Source: Didymodactylos carnosus
Taxonomy: Eukaryota
DNA length: 64,000 nucleotides
Direction: 5' to 3'
Assembly (NCBI GenBank): GCA_905250885.1
Contig: CAJNOQ010000174.1
Location: 1,697 to 65,696, forward strand
The stretch's first letter is position 1. Each line of letters starts with the position of its first letter. A model generated the notes under the pieces. The model had not been told where the DNA came from, made no database searches, and worked only from the letters and a program-made list of their open reading frames with translations. Position numbers and translations under genes: made by a program. Positions 37,532 through 49,168 of the stretch are shown here, one piece after another.

Positions 37532-39408
37532 CAACACTCTTGTCCTATTTCAGACAAGAGTCTTGAATTTTGTAAATTCAGGCAAGATTCTTGTTAGATT
37601 AAATGATATCTAAAGACTCTTGTCGAAATCCTCAGTCTTGGTAGTTCAGACAAGAGTCATGTGGCCGATTCTTGGCAAGAATGTCAAGACTTGTGCATTC
37701 AGAATAGTACTAGCTTTTCTTATGAACCCAATATGACTCTTGCGTTTTTCGTTCTTGTAGGCTTTCTGCATGTTTATATGAAGTTGAATTAAACATTTAT
37801 TATAATATATACTTTGTAACAACAAAGAAACAAGGACGACATATCTAGCTTGGGAAAAACACTTAACAAAAAATTCATAAACAAAAGAAAAATAATTGTT
37901 TGCGCAGTTTACACGCAAGTAATCAAAAAGATAAACATGTAAACGTCACAAATGGTAACATTATTGACTTCTTCTGGTTCACCGTCATCTAAAACTAAAA
38001 GTCTTGTTTAATTTAGCTAACTAAAGTCCCCATATGTATTATCATGAGATAGGAAAAGACTTACTTTCAATTAATATTCGTCCTCATCTAATTCGCATCC
38101 ACCTTGCTGCTCAATTTGTTGTTGTTCACCATCATCGTTATTTTCACCAACCCTAATGTACTTGAAAGCAATTACAAAGCCCCAGTATGTAGAAAAAAAT
38201 AAGGGAAAAGAATAAGCAATACTTATCTAATTCAAAGATTGATTCATACAGAAAATTAAATTATAAAACCATAAGCTAAAATGAAATCATAAAAGTACTT
38301 TTATGCTTTCATTTTAAATAGAATAAACAGAAAATATCATACCAAACAATTCTTCTTGCAGTTCTGAGAAAACATCATGATCCAATGCAAAATCAAAATC
38401 AGTATCGTCATTCTAAAAAAATCTTTGGGATATATAGTTCACATTCCGTATTGGCATGACATATTTTGCATAGGTTATCCTCGACAGGTGTAGCGAGTAA
38501 TGTTTTTTCGTAATCTAAATCAGGAACGTCATCGATCATCCATTCTACGTTGTTTCTTTCACTAACAGCACATAGCCAAGCCGCTTGACGACGAGGTGCT
38601 CAAGAAAGTGAAAGATAAACGAAATGTAACATAAACAATAACAAAGAGCTATGATTTAGAACACACCAAGATCATGAAGCACATTTTCTGCAAATGTGTC
38701 TAAAACGTCATTCTCATCATTGCCTTTCATGTTCATATTTAATGTACGTAGAAGTTTATTCTAAATGAAACAAACAATTAGTGAAACCTGCTTTTTGTAT
38801 TCGTGAGAATAATATATCAATAGCAACTTCTTTTTATTGTCATAGGACAAGAGTCACTCCGGGCAAAACTCCCACGGGGGTTCTGTCACGGGATCCTGCA
38901 GTAGTCAGGTGGAACTTTCAAGGGACTTCTCAGGACTCCTGAGGATTCCTGTGAAGCTTTCGAGTCCTGTGGGAGTCCAACGAAAATCCTCAGAATCCTC
39001 AAAGTCCCATGGGAGGCCTGAGAAATCCCTTGAAAGTCCCATCTGACTCCCGCAGGAGTCCCGTGGGAGTTTTGCCGGGAGTCTGGACTAGGGATTTCTC
39101 TTTTGCGTTTCTGTACACAAGACTCTTGTTTGGGGGTCCTATCATGAAAAAAGTTAAGTCAAAGTCTAGACGTAAGTGTACTGAAAAGTACTTAGACTAT
39201 AACGATCATTGTCTATGCAAATTCAATTGATGAGTCACTCCTGTCAGTGTTTGTTTTAGCCAAATTCTAGTGCGTAATTTGCGAATAGTTTATAAAATGA
39301 GCACGTAAGTGCACATAACGAAGACTTAAGTTTTTTGTGATACGGTCTCCTGGTCTGAAATGGCAAGAGTTCAGACTCTTGTCTGAAATAGGACAAGGGT
39401 GTTGCCAT
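37532..39408. mobile_element. About 1.9 kb unit bounded by roughly 35-bp inverted repeats (CAACACtCTTGTCCTATTTCAGACAAGAGTCTtGA ... TCAGACTCTTGTCTGAAATAGGACAAGGGTGTTG), containing GACAAGAGTC subterminal repeats and an internal GC-rich foldback at 38838-39135
   Basis: The left repeat at 37532-37567 and the right repeat at 39373-39408 are inverted complements at about 34/36 identity. Extra inverted GACAAGAGTC / GACTCTTGTC copies lie at 37620-37700. The internal foldback is GGACAAGAGTCACTCCGGGCAAAACTCCCACGGG ... CCCGTGGGAGTTTTGCCGGGAGTCTGG ... ACAAGACTCTTGTTTGGG. Confidence 0.45.
38072..38760 (-). CDS. Candidate acidic-protein coding exons of unknown function. They may be upstream exons of the PPP1R37-like gene, a separate small gene, or the cargo of the TIR-bounded element 37532-39408
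   Basis: Minus-strand open segments joined by plausible GT-AG sites:
- 38760-~38655, NKLLRTLNMNMKGNDENDVLDTFAENVLHDL, preceded by acceptor tttcatttag;
- ~38586-38469, APRRQAAWLCAVSERNNVEWMIDDVPDLDYEKTLLATP;
- 38409-38340, NDDTDFDFALDHDVFSELQEELF, donor gtatga.
The terminal exon is ambiguous, with candidates ending near 38072-38090. The protein is strongly acidic and I do not recognise it. Confidence 0.3.
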
Positions 39409-39727
39409 GTGATTACTCTTTCTGTTCTGTTTAATGATGTCTGTCGAGGTAATCTGAAAGTCTTTCACAATCGAGACAAAATAATGAATAAACGTTACAC
39501 TTCTAGCATAGTACATTACTGCTTGTTGTGCAATTTCGTGTTAAATAGATGAAGAAATAAATATATTATATTTCACAAAGTCGAGCCTATAAACTGTTCC
39601 ATTCAAGCCGTAAATGATAATCATACCAGTTAGTTATTTTCATTTTGAAAAAGCATAGTCTTTTTATCAGATCTTCTATTACACGAATTTAAAGTTTTCC
39701 AGTCAATCTTTAACGATTAGAAATAAG

Positions 39728-42700
39728 ATGGCTCATGCACCAAAAGGTAGTAGTGACCTGAGCAAGCCCTCATCATTGTTAACCTCTTCCAGAACACCAT
39801 CATTTCTCACAACAAACACCATGAGTAATTTAAAACCGTTGGATTCATTGTCGAATCCATTACTAAAACCTAGTGCTCTATCATCGACAATACTGACTAC
39901 TACATCATCGATTGGCCTGACTTCATTAATGAGCAAGAATCTTACTCTCACTTCATCAAGTACATTGAAACCGCTTTCACTCTTATCGACGACTACTCCA
40001 TCTTCATCAAGTACATTGAAACCACTTTCATTCTTATCGACGACCACATCTTCGTCAAGTTTATTGAAACCGCTTTCACTCTTATCGACGATTACTCCAT
40101 CTTCATCGGTTCTAACGAAAGTTGACGACAGTGCAACAACACGTAAACGAAAACTGTCAACAGAGATACAACAAAGTAGTGAAGTACCGAATTCTCTAAC
40201 GATAACAACATCACAAACTTCACGCAATCTTAAATACAACGCTGAAAATATTCAACCGATTGAACAAAATTTATCCGTTAATTTACACGTAGAACTTCCA
40301 CCGCCAAAGAGACCTAAGTATGACAATATTACAATGGTATCCGCGATTAATGAAGATGATGAATTTAATTGTGGGCTCAAATCAATTAAGGTTATTTTAG
40401 ATTATTTTATACTAGTAAAAGGGATAGAAAGATTGATTTTATTCGGTTCATTTTAGAAAAGCTTTTTGAATGTTGTTGCCGCATCTCTTCTACGTCAACC
40501 AAATTTAAAAAACTTATCTGACCAAACCCGTCTTGAATTGATACGTTTCATTCATCTGATTGTTGAACAAGATCCAGAATTCATATTAAAAGTAAACTCA
40601 AATATAGAATCTGAAATTTTAGCTAATAAAACTATTTCTATTTAGACAGCCTTGTATACGCGTAATCAACTAAATATTCGTGTAACTGCTAATTTTTTGT
40701 TGGCCTATGCTGCCTTCACGGAAAAATGCCGTTCATATTTAATCAAATACTTCAAAACAACAGTGAATTTACCATCAGGTAACTTTTTCTCTTTGGTTTT
40801 CATACTAGATCTGTTGGAATTTCTTATTTGTTTCCAGATTGGATTGAAATAGCTGAATTATATCAGACATTTATGGATCGTCGAATTCATTTTGGTTCAC
40901 TACCATCTGCTTTACGTCGTGTGATGATTATTAAATTTCCTGCGTTTGATAAATATCAGTTAGCAAAATATAATAAAGAAAAAGCTCGTTTGAAAAAAGC
41001 AAAACCAAAACAGAAAGATGAAACATCACAGCCAACAAGCGATGCACGCGGAGGGAGAGGTGCACGCGGAGGGAGAGGTACACGCGGCGGGAGAGGCTCA
41101 AATTTTCGTGGCCGTGGACGAGGGCGTGGAACAACCACTGAAGGGCGTGGTGGTTACTCTACAAGAGGTCGTTACACGAGCACATCATCTGTCGAAAGTG
41201 CTATGGATACAAGCACTGAAGACACAACTGTCCAAAAAAAATCGTTTAAAGTTACAGGTGATTTGAATGAAGAACAAGAAGAGCGTCGTATGGCATTCAC
41301 ATTAAAACGTTTGATTCGTCAATTACATATTAGTGAACCCGTTGAACATGTCATGTCATTATTAGGAAAACGTTATCCAGAAACATCAGAAAAATTTTAT
41401 CTTTCACGATTGCCCGGTGTTTTTGATGGAGAACGAGCAGGAAAACGAATGAAATTACCCACACCTGAAACGTACGTAGAGTAAAATTATAGAAAACTAT
41501 ATATATCATCTTTTGTTCTGTATAGATGGGAAACTCAAATCTCATTAAAAGGTAATAAAGCTGTGGTATGGCAACAATTAATTGACAACAAAAAACTTCC
41601 CTTTATGGCTATGCTAAGAAATTTACGAAATATGATCAGAACTGGTATGTTTATTGTTTGAACTATTTGTAAAATCAAGTTTGATAAGTGCATCTTAGCT
41701 CTTTATTAACTATTGTATTGACAAACTGATGTAGATGAAGCGCCTTCATAGCTAGCTTTTCAGTCTTGTAGCTCTCATTTTCTGTAATGATGGCCTTAGT
41801 GGTTTAACACCATCTTCCTGAGTCGGTTAAATAGAGTTTCTTAATAGATTTGTTCTTTATAGCCGAACATATATGTCACGTTCTCTTTTATCCTTCATAT
41901 AACAAATATCTAGTATTCATAGAATATTGCTTGAGAAATAAGTCAGAATATGCTGTATTCTTTCTAATCAACTTTGAATCATTACTGTGTATGACACTGT
42001 TTCATGCTTTTTTTCTAGGTATCTCAGAAAAACATCATCAAATAATATTAAAAAAACTCCAGGATGAAGGTGCTGTTACTTATAGCCGACAATTTCCATT
42101 TCGATTTTTCTCAGCCTATCAAATATTAGATGATATGGAGAAAGAGTTTCTTGAATGGTGTAAGTCCAAAGAAATAACAGGTGATAGCACTGTTGAAGTC
42201 AAAAGAAAATCCAGAAAAAACAAAGGGCCAAAATCAAAATCAAAATTAACACCAGCTGAGAAAGCAAAACTATTAAGTAAAAAAGAGTTTGTCTATGATT
42301 TACATATACTAAATCGTTATCGCAAAGCATTGGATTGTTCGGTAAAAATCGCCACACAACATAATGTTCAGCCAATACCTGGCAAAACATTTGTATTTGT
42401 TAATTTGAGTGATTCAATGCAACAACCATGCCAGGCAGCTAAAGGCTTGGTAGGTTAGATCTAACTTTGTTCATTCAGTCCCGTTTGGCAAGTAATATGT
42501 GTATATTTTTTCAGGGAAAACCGCGTACACGTGCTGAAATTGGCTTGTTACTTGGGTTAATGTGTAAATCCGCATGTGAACATTGTCGATTGATTGGATA
42601 CACATCAGAAACAAATTATGAAGAAATTGAACAATTAAATCAACAAACAATATTGGAAAATATGTCAAAAATATTAGAAAATCCAAAATTTCAACATGGG

Positions 42701-45700
42701 TCATCCTCGTCATCATGTATACCAACCGAGTTTTTGAATGAAGTTGTACCTGGAAAACAATGGTTCGACACAATTATTGTTGTTTCTGATGGTATCAAAT
42801 CAGACACACCGCAATCGGACAAAATTTATAAATTTTTACAAGCCTATAGATATTTAGTTAATCCCGATTTGATGTTTGTCAGTATTGATTTGAGTATAAG
42901 TGATTGTTCAGTGACGAAATCAGATCGTTTCAATAATAGAAATGATATATTTTTGAGTGGATTTTCTGATTCATTATTACAATTTATTGCTGAACGGGGT
43001 AATGATGGACAACTATTACATGTAGAAAACATCGATAATGCCTATGATTTAAACAAAACATTAACGACAACAGTAACAGCCACTAATGATAAATCTGTAG
43101 CTGTGCAAATTCAACGACCATTACCAATACCATCCTTTGTTCCAAAATGGCGTACTGTGCGTGTATTTATATCATCAACGTTCAAAGATATGCATGCTGA
43201 ACGAGATTTATTAATACGTTACATTTTTCCAGAGCTACGTTATAGAGCAAAAAGTTTATTTGTTAATTTGTATGAAATTGATCTTCGTTGGGGTATTGCT
43301 GAAAGTCAAAGCAAACAATCAGTATATTTATGTTTAAATGAAGTATTACGTAGTGAATATTTTATTGGGTTAGTTGGTGAACGATACGGCTATGTACCGA
43401 GCACGTATGATGTACCCAAAAATGACAAAAATTTTGCATGGTTAAAAAACGTGCCAATCGGTTCAAGTATAACAGACTTAGAAATACAATGTGGAGCACT
43501 CAATGATAAAGTTAAAAAGCAAGCGAAAGCATTTTTTTACATTCGTGATGGTGACTATTTAAAAGATGTACCAAAACCATGGAATGAGGATTTTCAATCA
43601 GAAACGGCTGAAGCCGAACAAAAAATACAGCAGTTAAAACAGCGTATTGTAGCTAGTGGTTTAGAAACGTATAATGGTTATCCATGTCGATGGGGTGGTG
43701 TGGCAAATGATCGACCAGTTGTAACAGGTCTAGATTTCTTTGCACAACGTGTCATCAATAATCTATGGACATCATTAGAAAAAGAATATAAACCACAATA
43801 TACAAAATTAGATGATGATTCTATTGAAGATTTCGCACACCTTCAATATCGACAATCGTTTGCCGACCATTTTGTTAGTCGCGAGAAGGTTATTCAACAA
43901 GCAAAACAATGCATTGCTAGAACGCCATTGGTATTGGTGAAGGGTCATCCAGGATCTGGTAGGTATAGATAAAAGTTGTATGCATTTTGAGGGAAGTGAA
44001 TCGAGAAATAACTAATTAAACATTAACTGCGGTACTTGTTCATAATTTATTGTTACGATATGTCTTTTATTCTAGGTAAAAGTGCTGTGATAGCCGCAAT
44101 CGTTGATGCATTATCTCGAGACGAAAAATTAAAAACCACCTTTGTATATGAACATTACGTTGGAGTGACACGAGCATCATATAATTCTGTGGCAATGCTT
44201 CGACGTTTATTATGTAAAATGGTTAATGATTGTGATGATGATATCAAATCGAAATTTAATACTGATGATATACATGCGGATGGTTACACAGAATTATGTA
44301 CAAAATTCGCAAGTTTTCTACATGCACGTTCAGTCCATTATCCAACACAGCAATATGGTCCACTTGTACTTTGTTTCGATGGCATAGAACATTTGAATAA
44401 TGATACTCTATCTCATACACTCAATTTTATACCAAAAGACATTAATGGAGAGGTAATGTTATCTTCACTTGTACATAGACAAAAACTTTTTCTTGGTTTT
44501 GGACTTTAGAAACTCTCCTTCTGTCATAGACAGGATGATGCATCTTTTTGTTTTATGTGTATTACTGCTTTCTAAAGATGTTTTTTCTTTGATGTTTTTA
44601 GGATATTACGATATTTATTAGTGCTACCGATGGAACCGATGTTGAAAAAGCATGTAAACAATATTCATCTTTAATTCATACGATTAATGTTACAACTTTA
44701 GAATTATTAGAACGTAGCGATATCATTCGTTCACAGTTGGATCGTTTTGGCAAAAAATTAGATGAGCAAGCATTTTCTCCTCAAATGAGATTAATAACAG
44801 GGAAACACGATTCATTTAAACCATCTTATTTAACATTAATATGTGAAGAACTCATGTTAATGGTTGATTATGAAGCAAAAATAACAGAAAAATTAAAAAC
44901 CATCCCACAACGAGAAAAAGAATTCATTATAGAAATATTTATACGTTTGGAATCATTGTTTGATGAATGGTATGTGCAACTCGCATTTGGTTTGTTATAT
45001 TCAGCTAGAGAAGATTTAAATGAAGATGAATTACGACAAATGATTAATATTAGTCATAGTTTAAAAAAAGAAATAACATTTCCACCTGTTATAAAACTCG
45101 TTGATGATAGTGAACAAACAACACCAGCTCAATTAGCTGATTTCTTGCACAATTGTCATCGGCTTCTGAAGCCTCAATTGTATGATGGCCCAAGAACAGT
45201 TAGTATCGCAACAGCACAAATAAAAGATATTGTTAAATCAAAATATGTACGAACAAATGAACAACAACATCATTTCTATCGAATAATGGCCTATTATTAT
45301 TGGCTTGAAGCAGGTCCTTCTTGGACATCAATGAATGTTAAAGCATTTGAGCATTTACCATATTATTTATATAGTGCCAATGAACACAAATTTTATGTTG
45401 ACGTGTTGACAGACTTGAATTTTTTGGCATCAAAATCGCGTGTTGGTCTCGTACAATCACTGATTGATGATTATGAGATAACTATTCAAACTCAAATACA
45501 AACATCTTTCTCTAAACTAAAAACACTCACAACACCAGCAATAAAAACAAATGATATCCGATTACAACAATATCGAACATTCGTGCAACGAAATTCTCAC
45601 ATACTTGCCGTTAATCCGTTATTAATACATCAACAAGCATTGAATGAATTAGAATCAAGTCATGTTTGGTTAAATATAAAACAGATTTTATTATCGAATA

Positions 45701-48700
45701 ACAGTAAAGAAAACATACAAGCATTCGTTCGAGTTAACAAACAAGATAATATGGAACAAATGAACTTTTCCATTGAAGATTTTACCGAGCCTATCAGATG
45801 TTTAGCTATATCTCCGTCAGGTAAAGACTTCTTTTGTTCATGAGTCATTCCATGAGAGTATTCTATAGTAGCAATTCCAGGTCAGCGATAGTTGTTTGTA
45901 TTTTTTTTTGGAATTGGATTGTGATTGTAAAAACGGCAGCAGAAACATTGATTTATGTTCTCTTTTAGGTTTATTACTTGCTGCTGGTTCAGCAGATTGC
46001 TTAGTTCGTTTATACAACATTTCAACGTCTCGTTTAATCAAAAGTTTCATTGGTCACGCAGCTCCAATAAGCAGTATGTACTATTTTTAAAGTTGTTGCT
46101 AAATTATCAAGATAATATATAACTTCTGTGCTTTAGGTTTATCATTTTGCGGAAACGATCATTTATGTTCAGGAAGTAACGATGGTGGTTTATCGGTTTG
46201 GGATGTAGAGAAAGGTCATCGTATGCATGTATTAACACCAAAGCATGACAAATGTGTATCTGAATTGTGTTCAAATATAAAGGGTACTCAATTTGCATCT
46301 GTTTCATTCGATTCCGTTGTTCGAATATGGAGTGTAAAAACTGGTAAAAAGGAAACAGAAATACGTTTACATCCAAAGCCTGTATCATGTGTGGCATTTC
46401 AACCAGATGGTTTCATGATTGTAACAGGATGTTGGGATAGTTTAGTTAGACAATGGAATGTTGCCACAGGACAACGACGTTCTGTTATGAGGGGACATTT
46501 AACATCGATTCGAGGTGTGTCATATTCTGCAGATTCCAGATACATTGCTTCAGTCTCGATTGATGGTGAATGTCGAATTTGGAATGCTCTTGCAGGATCA
46601 CAAGTAATTTAACGGTTGAAAATCTCTTTTTGTGTGCTATTTGTTTATTTCTATTCTAGGTTGGTATAATATCTGCTCGCATCAGTTCACTCTATTTTTC
46701 ACCGAATGGTTCTACACTGACATCGGCCGGTGAAGATGGACGAGTACGTGTTTGGTCATCAAATATTGGTCAGTGCCAAATGACAATAAGTGAACCAACA
46801 TGGGGATCAGTATCAAGTGTTGTGATTCATCCTGATGGCGAATTAATTGTTGCCGGTTACCATTCGGGTTTTGTTCGTTTATTTAATATGCAAGGTGGAA
46901 CAGTTGAATATGAAATTAATAATCATACAGCTCGTATTAACCGTTTAGCATTTTCACCGTCAGGAAAAATATTAATAACAGCATCGGGTGATCGTACATG
47001 TCGATTATATAACGTCGCAGAAATAGGTATGTGGCTAAATTGCTGGATACTTTCCTCAATCATTATACCCTGTTTATTCACTAATTTTTAGAAAAGAAAG
47101 GAAACGATTTAGCTTCAACATTACTCAAAGGTCACACTGGTGGTGTTTTAAGTTGTGCCATTGGTAAACTAAATATGGCCGCTACCGGTTCAGAAGATTC
47201 AACAATCCAATTTTATAATATTCAACGTTTTAGTGAGCGACCAGTATTAGAACCAAAACAAATTCTCACAGACCATCGTGCCCCAGTTACAGGTATATTG
47301 ATTATTTACACCACAATTCTGTTAACACAAAAATTACTGTTTTTTTTTCAGGTATATCGTTCAGTACTGACGGTACTCAAATGGCTTCCTCCAGTCGTGA
47401 CTGTCATGTACATATTTGGTCTGTTAGTAAATATTCATCAGAAGCCACATTAATAAATACACTTGCTCACTGTCATGCTGATTGGATTAATGATATCGCT
47501 TTAAACAATACAAACTCAATGTTAGTTACAGCTAGTAATGATAATACCTTGAAATTATGGAATACATTACCAAAATCAACAGCATCGGATGCAATGGAAA
47601 CAACAACTGTACAAACGGAAGATGCTCGAATTATCTTGAAGGGGCATCAAGGATCTGTAAACACCGTTAAATTTGCTTATGGATGTATTGTATCTGGGTC
47701 ACTGGATAATACGATTCGCGTATGGTCTCATAGAGGCACTGAAATTACCGTTCTACGTGGACATGAAGAGAAAATTACATGTTGTGATTTATATGTTAAA
47801 TTGAAGGGTATTGGCAAAACAGAAATAACAGATGATGAGCAAAACCAAAGTTGGTCACAAATGGTTGATGAACAGGAATCAAAATTAGAAAAAACAGATG
47901 AATTGAGTCGTACTACTCATACTGTTGAACAAATGTTAATTGCCAGTGCATCGGAAGATGGTACCATTAAAATTTGGCGTCCTAATGAGCCCGAGCAAAT
48001 TGCATGTATGGATGCACATTCCAAACCAATAAATGATGTTGTCGTTAGCAATGATTCAATTTTAACTTCATCACTCGATAATACAATTCGTTCATGGCAA
48101 ATGCCCTCACAAAAAAAATTTACAAATTCAATTATGGCCACACCACAAGTACCCGAACCAACTTCTCATCTAGATGAAGTAACATCGATTTGTGTTAGTC
48201 GAGATTGTTCATTAATATTTACATCAAGTCGGGATGCTTATGTTCATATTTGGAAAGTAGAAAATGACTCAGATTCATCCGCAAAACGTTTTAAAATAAT
48301 TCAGTCTATTAATGTTCATTCAAATCAAATTCTTCACATGGCTCTTGTTCAAAGTACATCAAATAAAAATTGTCTTATAACCTGTTCTGTTGACAAAACT
48401 ATTAAATCGTTGTTTATAACAACAAATAATGATAACAAATGTATTATTAAACGTGAAAACCTGTTTTCAGTAAATGGTGTTGTCTCATTTATAAGTGGTC
48501 ATTTTGATATGCCCTATTTTGTTATCGGTGAATCACCATCGTTAAGTAACTTGAACTTCTTTCTATGTTCATCGACAACATTAGGACGCTTAAAATATTA
48601 CAAATCTAATACATGTCAATATCCGTTATGCTCATCGATAACATTGGATCAAAATAAACAGTGTATATTAACAGTTGGAGATATAAATGGACAACTATCC

Positions 48701-49168
48701 TTTTTCAATTTGACATTAATTGCTAATACTGATACTAAAATATTACAATCTTATTCAAAACAAATTGAAACAACTATAGATATAAAAACATCAAATGATG
48801 GCGAATATGAATGGGCAACATCGATTGAAGCTGAAAATGGCTATTATATCGGTACAACAGCTGGAAATGTCTATTATTCGTCTTCAAACACAATATTAGA
48901 TCGTAAACAATGGGTGAAATTATCAATGGCTAATAATGGTAAATCAATAACTGGCATCTGTTCGTTAAATAATCAGTTTCTATTTACTTGTGGACATGAT
49001 AATATGATAAAAGTTCAAAATATCAATGATTATTACAAAAATGAAAAAAATATTTTAGGACATTATCCTGTACCAGCACCATTAACAAAAATGCGAAGTT
49101 GGAATCAAAATGGAATTGTTGCGAGTGATAACATTGGAAATTTATATCTTGTGATATGGTATCATTAA
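39728..49168 (+). CDS. TEP1: TEP1-like protein (telomerase-associated protein 1 / vault protein component), 14 exons, 2703 aa: N-terminal Ser/Thr/Leu/Pro-rich short repeats, TROVE domain with an inserted RGG box, vWA-like region, DUF4062, NACHT NTPase (Walker A GHPGSGKS), then a WD40-repeat array
   Basis: Exon model (all GT-AG, phases consistent, total 8112 nt): 39728-40390; 40457-40591; 40646-40778; 40838-41471; 41526-41644; 42019-42449; 42515-43958; 44076-44452; 44602-45820; 45969-46073; 46137-46603; 46660-47026; 47092-47292; 47352-49168.
- TROVE hallmarks: exon 2 KSFLNVVAASLLRQPNLKNLSDQTRLELIRFIHLIVEQDPEFILK; exon 5 WETQISLKGNKAVVWQQLIDNKKLPFMAMLRNLRNMIRTG; exon 6 ...YSRQFPFRFFSAYQIL...
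- DUF4062 in exon 7: WRTVRVFISSTFKDMHAERDLLIRYIFPELRYRAKSLFVNLYEIDLRWGIAESQ.
- The NACHT P-loop is split by intron 7: ...LVLVKGHPGSG | KSAVIAAIVDAL.
- WD40 motifs recur through exons 9-14 (for example GHxxxV...WD and SASEDGTIKIWRP).
- RGG box in exon 4: GGRGARGGRGTRGGRGSNFRGRGRGRG.
- Exon 1 repeats: STLKPLSLLSTTTPSSS, about 4 copies. Confidence 0.85.
39950..40115 (+). repeat. 48-bp-period tandem repeat inside TEP1-like exon 1, encoding STLKPLSLLSTTTPSSS-type peptide repeats
   Basis: TTCATCAAGTACATTGAAACCGCTTTCACTCTTATCGACGACTACTCCATC recurs about 3.5 times with small changes. Confidence 0.8.

Noticed and set aside
39733-40239. 168-aa minus-strand ORF overlapping TEP1-like exon 1
   Set aside because: It is the reverse-strand reading of the 48-bp tandem repeat that encodes the STLKPLSLLS repeats. 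The repetitive D/V/E-rich translation is a by-product of the repeat, not an independent gene.
40931-41266. Three overlapping ORFs (40931-41134 minus, 40956-41138 minus, 41018-41266 plus) across the RGG-box region
   Set aside because: Alternate-frame and antisense readings of the GC-rich CGCGGAGGGAGAGG repeats inside TEP1-like exon 4. The in-frame TEP1 reading is supported by flanking TROVE motifs.
42471-42773. 100-aa minus-strand ORF inside TEP1-like exon 7, and similar antisense ORFs (42199-42390, 47917-48141, 45660-45848)
   Set aside because: Antisense to well-supported TEP1-like coding exons. No independent support.
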